61,942 nucleotides of DNA, from IMG/VR virus record IMGVR_UViG_3300044533_000356, positions 1-61,942 of that record; one strand, 5' to 3'. This DNA is from a virus. Taxonomy: Duplodnaviria; Caudoviricetes. Under the pieces are notes generated by a model, which was not told where the DNA came from, ran no database searches, and saw only the letters and a program-made list of their open reading frames with translations. Shown here piece after piece: positions 53,536-61,942 of the stretch. Numbering within the stretch: position 1 is the stretch's first letter; each line of letters opens with the position of its first letter. Position numbers and translations under genes: made by a program.

Positions 53536-55350
53536 ATGCCAACAGCAAACACCCCCCTCCTTGGTCTGGCCCTTCCGATCACGGGCGACCTTTCAGGAAG
53601 TTGGGGAGATGAAGTTAACAACGCCATCACTTCGCTGTTGGACGACGCTGTTGCGGGCACAACCAGCATCACCGTTGATGCGGACATCACGCTGACGACC
53701 ACCGTGCTTGCCGCCAATCAAGCCCGACAAGCGATCATTCGGTGGAACCCGGCAGCAGGCACAACCACTCGCAACATTACGGCTCCTGCGCAGTCCAAGA
53801 TTTACACGGTGATCAACGCCTCGGGCGGCACGCAGTCCATTGTGTTTCGCGGCGTAGGCCCGACAACGGGTGTCACCATTGTCAAGGGCGAGTCTGCGGT
53901 TGTTGCATGGAACGGCACGGACTTCATCAAGGTGAGCAACACTGGCGGCTCTGCCTCGTTCACCAACGTCACTGTCAGCGGCACAACCACCCTGTCCAAC
54001 CTAACAGCCTCCACAGCCTTGGCGCTTGATGCCAGCAAGAACGTGGTCAGCGTAACCAACACTGGCACGGGCAATAACGTCCTCGCCACCTCCCCCACGT
54101 TGGTGACCCCTGCTCTGGGAACGCCGTCATCTGTCACGTTGACAAACGCCACCGGTCTACCCATCAGCACGGGTGTATCAGGCCTTGGAACGGACGTAGC
54201 AACAGCGCTTGCGGTAAACGTAGGCACAGCAGGCTCCCCTGTAGTTAACGGCGGGGTTTTGGGTACTCCGTCATCTGGAACCTTGACCAACGCTACGGGG
54301 CTTCCGGTTTCTACAGGCATCTCCGGCTTGGGTACAGGTGTCGCCACTGCTTTGGCGGTCAACGTAGGTTCTGCTGGCGCTCCCGTAATCAACGGCGGCG
54401 TACTTGGAACACCCTCAAGCGGCACAGTGACAAACCTGACAGGCACTGCCTCCATTAACATCAACGGAACTGTGGGCGCTACAACAGCTAATACAGGTGC
54501 TTTTACTACGCTAACCTCTTCATCGGGTGCAACCATTCAAGGACTCACCGTTGGCCGTGGCGCGGGGGCTGTAGCTGGCAACACTACAGTAGGCGCAAGT
54601 GCGTTGGCATCAAACACAACTGGGGACTCCAACGCCGCAATTGGTTTTGCATCTCTTTTTTCAAATATTGACGGAAATTACAATACTGGAGTTGGAGCAA
54701 ATTCTGGAGTAGGTAACGTCAGCGGCGACCAAAACACTTCAGTTGGCTACTTCTCGTTGTACGCCAATGCTTCTGGCAACAATAATACCGTCATTGGTTA
54801 TTCGGCTGGTGCTTCGGCCTTGGGTAGTGGCAATGTGATGTTTGGGAACCGGGCTGGGTTGTATGAAACTGGATCAAACAGCTTTTACGTTGACAACCAA
54901 GACCGCACAAACACCGCAGGGGATAAAGCAGGCGCATTGCTGTACGGCACGTTTAACGCAACTCCCGCATCGCAAACGCTTACCACCAATGCAAAGCTAA
55001 CAGCTACATACGGTGTTGTTGCCCGTGTTAATTCCCAAACCACAATCGCATCGCCTTGGGCATGGGACAGCACTCTATACGACCAGCAAGAGATTACCGC
55101 GCTGGCAAATGCGCTGACCATCAATGCTGATGCAGGCACTCCATCAAACGGCCAACAAACTGTTTTCCGTTTTACCGACGATGGTACGGCAAGGGCTTTG
55201 ACATGGACAACAGGCACCAGCAAATCATTTAGATCAGTTGGCACTCCACTGCCAACAACAACTGTGGCAAGCAAAACACTGTATGTAGCTTGCATATACA
55301 ACTCAACTGCCGCTCGCTGGGATGTGGTCGCTGTTGCACAGGAGACTTAA
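53536..55350 (+). CDS. Tail fibre 2
   Basis: SGSWGDEVNNAIT N-terminal anchor; LGTPSSGTLTNATGLP repeats; C-terminal YNSTAARWDVVA. Confidence 0.8.
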   Translation: MPTANTPLLGLALPITGDLSGSWGDEVNNAITSLLDDAVAGTTSITVDADITLTTTVLAANQARQAIIRWNPAAGTTTRNITAPAQSKIYTVINASGGTQSIVFRGVGPTTGVTIVKGESAVVAWNGTDFIKVSNTGGSASFTNVTVSGTTTLSNLTASTALALDASKNVVSVTNTGTGNNVLATSPTLVTPALGTPSSVTLTNATGLPISTGVSGLGTDVATALAVNVGTAGSPVVNGGVLGTPSSGTLTNATGLPVSTGISGLGTGVATALAVNVGSAGAPVINGGVLGTPSSGTVTNLTGTASININGTVGATTANTGAFTTLTSSSGATIQGLTVGRGAGAVAGNTTVGASALASNTTGDSNAAIGFASLFSNIDGNYNTGVGANSGVGNVSGDQNTSVGYFSLYANASGNNNTVIGYSAGASALGSGNVMFGNRAGLYETGSNSFYVDNQDRTNTAGDKAGALLYGTFNATPASQTLTTNAKLTATYGVVARVNSQTTIASPWAWDSTLYDQQEITALANALTINADAGTPSNGQQTVFRFTDDGTARALTWTTGTSKSFRSVGTPLPTTTVASKTLYVACIYNSTAARWDVVAVAQET

Positions 55351-56604
55351 ATGGCTGATAGATATTGGGTGGGCTCTGGTAGTTGGAGTTCGACTAACAC
55401 AACCAACTGGTCCACTTCGTCAGGGGGCTCTGGAGGCGCATCAGTTCCCACGTCTGCGGACAATGTATTTTTTACCGGTAGCTCCGGTACTTGCAATAAC
55501 AGCATCGGGTATGTTGCTCAATGTCTTACTATTAGTTTTTCAAGTTTTGCGAATAGTTTTGGTGTAAACAGTACACAGATTGCAGCAACTTCTGGAACCG
55601 TTTTTGTTGGTGGATCAACTGCAGCGTTTTTCTCGGCTACTTTTGAAATAACCAGCACTGGCTCATCCGACATTACCGTAACCAACTCTGTTAGCAGCAA
55701 CCCCCCAAGTTTTTCATTTACCGGTGGAACGTACACCTTAAATTTGCCCGGCAGAGCGTTAAATTTAAACTTTACGGGTTTTAGTGGGCTCGTAAATAAT
55801 AGCGCTGTTTTTATTCACGGTAACTTGACCGCATCTACCGGAATGACTTTTGGCTCCGGAGGGAATACTTGGACGTTTGCTGGTAGTTCTACACAAAGTA
55901 TTACCTCTAATGGGAAGACAATGGACTTTCCCATAACCATTAGCCCCAGCTTCGGAGTAACGATTCAATTGCTGGATGCGTTAACGCTTGGTTCTACAAG
56001 AACATTAACGTTGTCTGGGGGTACTTTTAACGCCAATAACTTTAATGTAACTGTGGGGATATTCTCATCTAGCAATACCAACACACGCACGTTGACTATG
56101 GGTTCCGGAACTTGGACTCTTGCAGCCGGAGGACTGACAGTCTGGGATACAAATACATCTACCAACCTTACGCTCAATGCAAACACTTCAACAATAAGTG
56201 TAACGTCAGCCAGTGGTAAAACTTTTAATGGTGGTGGTAAGACCTACTACAACCTTAATCAAGGTGGTACAGGAAATTTGACGATTAATGGTTCTAACAC
56301 GTTTAACAACATTACAAACAGTGTGCAACCAGCCACAATTATATTCGCCTCAAGTACCACAACCACGGTATCAAACTTTGGGCTTTCGGGAACATTGAAC
56401 AACTTAATCACGTTGCAAACTAATTCACCCGGAAATAGGTTTACGATTTCAAAATCATCCGGTACTGTTACCCCGCAGTATTTGTCAATCAAAGACAGCG
56501 CCGCGACAGGGGGTGCAACGTGGATAGCCCAGAACAGCACCAATGCAGGCAATAATACAGGATGGTCAATTATTCCAGCCGCCGGATTTTTTATGTTATT
56601 TTGA
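55351..56604 (+). CDS. Beta-helical fibre-associated/receptor-binding protein
   Basis: MADRYWVGSGSW..TNWSTSSGGSGGASVP; Thr/Ser/Asn-rich; ends FFMLF. Confidence 0.65.
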   Translation: MADRYWVGSGSWSSTNTTNWSTSSGGSGGASVPTSADNVFFTGSSGTCNNSIGYVAQCLTISFSSFANSFGVNSTQIAATSGTVFVGGSTAAFFSATFEITSTGSSDITVTNSVSSNPPSFSFTGGTYTLNLPGRALNLNFTGFSGLVNNSAVFIHGNLTASTGMTFGSGGNTWTFAGSSTQSITSNGKTMDFPITISPSFGVTIQLLDALTLGSTRTLTLSGGTFNANNFNVTVGIFSSSNTNTRTLTMGSGTWTLAAGGLTVWDTNTSTNLTLNANTSTISVTSASGKTFNGGGKTYYNLNQGGTGNLTINGSNTFNNITNSVQPATIIFASSTTTTVSNFGLSGTLNNLITLQTNSPGNRFTISKSSGTVTPQYLSIKDSAATGGATWIAQNSTNAGNNTGWSIIPAAGFFMLF

Positions 56605-56629
56605 TTTGTTTTTACGCCAAGGAGTAGCC

Positions 56630-57085
56630 GTGGTTGACATCACCAAAGCAATTGGAGCCGTTGCCGCTAGTGTTGCCGCATTAGGGGGCAGTTACACGCT
56701 TGTCGATAAATTTGGCTGGTTTGACCGGGCCATCATCGAGTGGTCGCCTGAGAATTTCAAGATTGTGGCCGAGGCAGGGAAGCCAATCAACGTCACGGTT
56801 GCGCGGATTAAGAAGCGTGATGACTGTTCTGTCGAGAGCTTTACACCAAGCATTCGCGATGCAGCAGGGATGGTGCATGCAGCGACTACTACGGCCAGCA
56901 AGTTCAGCGGCCCAGCGGGCCCAGAGATTGACACCTTCACGTACCAGCTCACTATGGTGCAGAAAGAGAAGATTGCTGATGGCAAGGCAACCTTGCTGGC
57001 AACTATCAAATACAAGTGCCCAGAGGGGGAGCGCGTTGTGCAGTACCCGCGCCATCCCAATTTAAGTTTTGATCTGAAGGGGTAA
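56630..57085 (+). CDS. Membrane-anchored hypothetical protein in lysis block
   Basis: AAGGAG RBS + GTG; N-terminal hydrophobic segment; two Cys. Confidence 0.6.
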   Translation: MVDITKAIGAVAASVAALGGSYTLVDKFGWFDRAIIEWSPENFKIVAEAGKPINVTVARIKKRDDCSVESFTPSIRDAAGMVHAATTTASKFSGPAGPEIDTFTYQLTMVQKEKIADGKATLLATIKYKCPEGERVVQYPRHPNLSFDLKG

Positions 57086-57087
57086 TC

Positions 57088-57579
57088 ATGGACTGGCTCA
57101 AACAAATTGCACCCACCATAGCCACAGCGATGGGTGGCCCACTGGCAGGCATGGCTGTCTCGGCCATCTCCAAGGCCATCGGTGTGGACCCCGACAAAGT
57201 GGGCGACATGATCTCCAACAACAAGCTGTCAGCAGAGCAGATCGCCCAAGTCAAGATCGCAGAGATCGAATTACAAAAGCAAGCCCAAGAACTTGGCCTC
57301 AATTTTGAAAAGCTGGAAGTGGAAGACCGCAAGTCAGCACGGGACATGCAGGCCACCACTAGAAGCTTGATGCCTCCATTGCTGGCTGGCGCTGTGACCA
57401 TTGGCTTCTTCGGCATCATGGTGATGATGTTCTTCAACCAGATCGACAGCAGCAACCCGGCCATCTTGATGATGCTCGGCAGCTTGGGCACGGCTTGGAC
57501 GGGCATCATCGCTTATTACTTTGGCTCGTCTGCTGGCTCCCAGGCCAAGACTGACATTCTCTCAAGGACAGCAAAATGA
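57088..57579 (+). CDS. Putative holin
   Basis: APTIATAMGGPLAG, two C-terminal TMs, YYFGSS; coupled to endolysin. Confidence 0.7.
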   Translation: MDWLKQIAPTIATAMGGPLAGMAVSAISKAIGVDPDKVGDMISNNKLSAEQIAQVKIAEIELQKQAQELGLNFEKLEVEDRKSARDMQATTRSLMPPLLAGAVTIGFFGIMVMMFFNQIDSSNPAILMMLGSLGTAWTGIIAYYFGSSAGSQAKTDILSRTAK

Positions 57580-58088
57580 AGGACAACTTCGAATCCGCAC
57601 TTGAAGCCGTCCTCCACCATGAAGGTGGGTTTGTAAATCACCCTGCTGATCCGGGCGGCATGACCAACCTTGGCGTGACCAAGAGGGTCTGGGAGGAGTG
57701 GGTTGGACATGATGTGGACGAGGCTGCCATGCGGGCGTTGACCCCTGAGGTTGTTGGCCCAATGTACAAAGCCAAGTACTGGGACAAGATCAAAGGCGAC
57801 GACCTGCCGACGGGTGTGGACTACGCCGTGTTTGACGCTGCTGTAAACAGCGGTCCGGGCCGTGCCGCCAAATGGTTGCAGTCCTGCGTGGGCGTTGAGC
57901 CTGATGGCGGCATTGGCCCCAAGACACTGGCTGCTGTGGCTGCGTTTGATCCTGCTGAGCTGGTTGAGGACTACGCTAAACGCCGCCTGTCCTTCTTGAT
58001 GGATTTGCCGCATTGGGGTACATTTGGCAAAGGCTGGGGACGCCGCGTGGCTGCCGTTCAGACCGTCGCTACTTTCATGACTGCGTGA
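57576..58088 (+). CDS. Endolysin, glycoside hydrolase family 108 with PG-binding-3 domain
   Basis: HEGGFVNHPADPGGMTNLGVT; FDAAVNSG; FGKGWGRRV. Confidence 0.92.
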   Translation: MKDNFESALEAVLHHEGGFVNHPADPGGMTNLGVTKRVWEEWVGHDVDEAAMRALTPEVVGPMYKAKYWDKIKGDDLPTGVDYAVFDAAVNSGPGRAAKWLQSCVGVEPDGGIGPKTLAAVAAFDPAELVEDYAKRRLSFLMDLPHWGTFGKGWGRRVAAVQTVATFMTA

Positions 58089-58096
58089 GGTAAAAA

Positions 58097-59992
58097 GTGC
58101 CACTGCAAAAACTACTACTGCGTCCCGGAATAAACCGGGAATCGACAACACTGGCCAATGAGGGCACTTGGTTTGAGATGGACAAGGTGCGCTTTCGCTC
58201 TGGGTACCCCGAGAAGATTGGCGGCTGGGTGCGGTTGTCGGCCAGTAGTTTTTTAGGCGTTTGCCGTTCTATTTTTAATTGGCTGACTTTGAACGGGGCC
58301 AACTTAATGGGGGTTGGCACAAACATAAAATTTTATATTGAAAACGGCGGGGTTTACTACGACGTTACGCCTTTGCGGGCAACAGTAACCATCAACAACA
58401 ACCCGTTTGTGGCTACAAACGGCTCCGCAATTCTCACTGTTACTGATACGGCACATGGGTGCGTAACGGGGGATTTTGTAACTTTTAGCGGAGCCACGGG
58501 GCTGGGGGGCAATATCACCGCCACTGTTTTGAACGCAGAGTACGAAGTCACGGTAGTAACTGTAAACACGTACCAAATAACAGCTCCGGTTGCTGCAAAC
58601 GCTACCGATACGGCGGGTTCTCCCGGAGGAGGCGCGGCTGTAGTTGCCGCCTACCAAATCAATGTCGGTACTGAAATCTCTACACCCTTAAGCGGTTGGG
58701 GCGCAGGGGCTTGGGGCTCAGGTACTTGGGGGGTAGGCACTTCTTCGCAAAATTTGCTTCGACTGTGGTCGCAAGACAATTACGGGGAGAACCTCATCAT
58801 AAACCCGCGAGGCGGCGCACTGTATCTGTGGATTCCCAACCCAAGCCCGATTGTCTACAACCGAGCGGGTCTCCTGTCCTCCACAAGCCCTGCACCATAC
58901 ACAACGGACGTTGACTGCCCTACCGTATGCAATGCGGTTGCGGTGTCCGATTCTTCTCGTTTTGTACTTGCGTTTGGATGTAACGACTACGGCTCCGCCA
59001 CCATTGACCCTTTGTTGGTGCGGTGGTCAGATCAGGAAAATTACGCTGTATGGTCTCCGTTAATTACCAACCAAGCGGGTAGCTTTCGGCTAAGCATAGG
59101 CTCAACCCTTGTTGCGCAACAACAAACCCGGCAAGAAATTTTGGTCTGGACAGATGCCGCGATCTACTCCATGCAGTACCTTGGGCCTCCGTTTGTTTGG
59201 GGCTTTCAACTTCTGGCCGACAACATCTCAATTGCAGGGCCAAACGCCATGGCAACGGCCACCAGCATCACATACTGGATGGGGGTGGACAAGTTTTATA
59301 CGTACTCGGGTCGTGTGGAAACGCTTTACTGCCCGCTACGCCAGTACATTTTTGGGGACATTAACCTTGAACAGCAACCACAATTTTTTGCGGGGACAAA
59401 CGAAGGGTTTAACGAAGTGTGGTGGTTCTATTGTTCTGCCAACTCCAATACGGTAGACCGTTACGTCATCTACAACTATTTGGAACAGGTATGGTCTTAC
59501 GGCAACCTTGCAAGAACGGCATGGTTAGACACGCCTTTGCGGAGCTCCCCAACTGCGGCAGATTACAACAACCAGTTGGTGTACCACGAGCAAGGGGTAG
59601 ACGACGGGTCGGTTTCCCCTGCTGCGCCAATTACAGCCTTCTGCCAGTCTGCCGACTTCAATATCGGTGACGGGCACAACTACGGCTTTGCGTGGCGCAT
59701 GATTCCCGACATTACGTTTAACGGCTCAACTGCAAACACACCGGCCGTGACCATGACACTAAAACCTCGCCAAAACCCCGGCGCAAACTACAGCGCAGCG
59801 GCAACGCCTTCAGTAACCAGCACGCAGAACTACCAAGCGGTTCGCAATTACGAGGTACAGCAGTTTACTGAGATCGTCTACGTACGGGTTCGTGGTCGCC
59901 AGATGGCGTTTCGTGTCAGCTCCAATGGGTTGGGTGTACAGTGGCAACTTGGGGTTCCGTCACTCGATTTGCGCCCTGATGGCCGGAGATAA
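58097..59992 (+). CDS. Tail nozzle/stabilisation protein (P22 gp10-like)
   Basis: VRFRSGYPEKIGGW; VRWSDQE; beta-rich; ends RPDGRR; precedes ejection genes. Confidence 0.7.
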   Translation: MPLQKLLLRPGINRESTTLANEGTWFEMDKVRFRSGYPEKIGGWVRLSASSFLGVCRSIFNWLTLNGANLMGVGTNIKFYIENGGVYYDVTPLRATVTINNNPFVATNGSAILTVTDTAHGCVTGDFVTFSGATGLGGNITATVLNAEYEVTVVTVNTYQITAPVAANATDTAGSPGGGAAVVAAYQINVGTEISTPLSGWGAGAWGSGTWGVGTSSQNLLRLWSQDNYGENLIINPRGGALYLWIPNPSPIVYNRAGLLSSTSPAPYTTDVDCPTVCNAVAVSDSSRFVLAFGCNDYGSATIDPLLVRWSDQENYAVWSPLITNQAGSFRLSIGSTLVAQQQTRQEILVWTDAAIYSMQYLGPPFVWGFQLLADNISIAGPNAMATATSITYWMGVDKFYTYSGRVETLYCPLRQYIFGDINLEQQPQFFAGTNEGFNEVWWFYCSANSNTVDRYVIYNYLEQVWSYGNLARTAWLDTPLRSSPTAADYNNQLVYHEQGVDDGSVSPAAPITAFCQSADFNIGDGHNYGFAWRMIPDITFNGSTANTPAVTMTLKPRQNPGANYSAAATPSVTSTQNYQAVRNYEVQQFTEIVYVRVRGRQMAFRVSSNGLGVQWQLGVPSLDLRPDGRR

Positions 59993-59994
59993 AG

Positions 59995-60302
59995 ATGAGC
60001 CAGAAAAATGTTCGCGCCCCAATGCTGCCGGTTGCTCCGGTAGAATACAACGCACAGTTTATGCAGGAGTTGCTGCGGATTTTGCGTTTGTATTTCAACC
60101 AGTTGGACAACGCAGGCCCGATGTCGGCAGCAACGCAGCGTGTGAACGGGCAAATTATTGCAGCGTTGAGTTTCACACAGCCCGACCCCGCAAACCCAAA
60201 TACGGTTGCGCTTAGCTTGCCAAGTCAAGCGGATTTGGGTAACCTCCGGGTGGGCGATGTCTATTACGACAGCACTGCGGGAAACGTCTTGAAAGTTAAA
60301 AC

Positions 60303-60306
<4 letters not shown>
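59995..60306 (+). CDS. Small tail-associated protein
   Basis: LPVAPVEY...LRLYFNQLD; follows nozzle gene. Confidence 0.6.

Positions 60307-61942
<1,636 letters not shown>

Noticed and set aside
49316-56604. Diversity-generating retroelement or invertible fibre cassette
   Set aside because: No reverse transcriptase or invertase; repeat differences are synonymous third-position changes and the repeats are direct

Overview
The window is an essentially complete, circularly permuted tailed-phage genome of about 61.8 kb. Bases 61805-61942 repeat bases 1-144, apart from one GGCGGT unit. The gene content is podovirus-like (P22/APSE-type layout); a betaproteobacterial, possibly freshwater, host is inference only. 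The minus-strand arm (34099 to 12323) holds many small early genes, an M20/M28-type peptidase, VRR-NUC, family A DNA polymerase, a Cas4-like exonuclease, SNF2 helicase, HNH nucleases, a putative SSB, an XRE HTH and a primase-helicase. The plus-strand arm (34596 to the end, wrapping to 12332) holds terminases, portal, GroES, scaffold, capsid, small basic proteins, adaptors, two tail fibres, holin, GH108 endolysin, nozzle and four large ejection/internal proteins. I recognised no integrase, tRNA, CRISPR array or reverse transcriptase. Four signals stand out: (i) a small DDxxD isoprenyl-synthase-like gene coupled to an ejection protein with a P22 gp7-like leader ending YPC-DDGGGGG, a candidate phage protein-prenylation system; (ii) six copies of the palindrome GTGATAC-N5-GTATCAC, five of them within about 10 bp downstream of early-gene stop codons; (iii) a hydrophobic-x-x-GG peptide motif shared by putative capsid-internal proteins; (iv) a multi-pseudoknot RNA leader downstream of the capsid gene. 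All family assignments come from motif recognition by eye; no database search was run.
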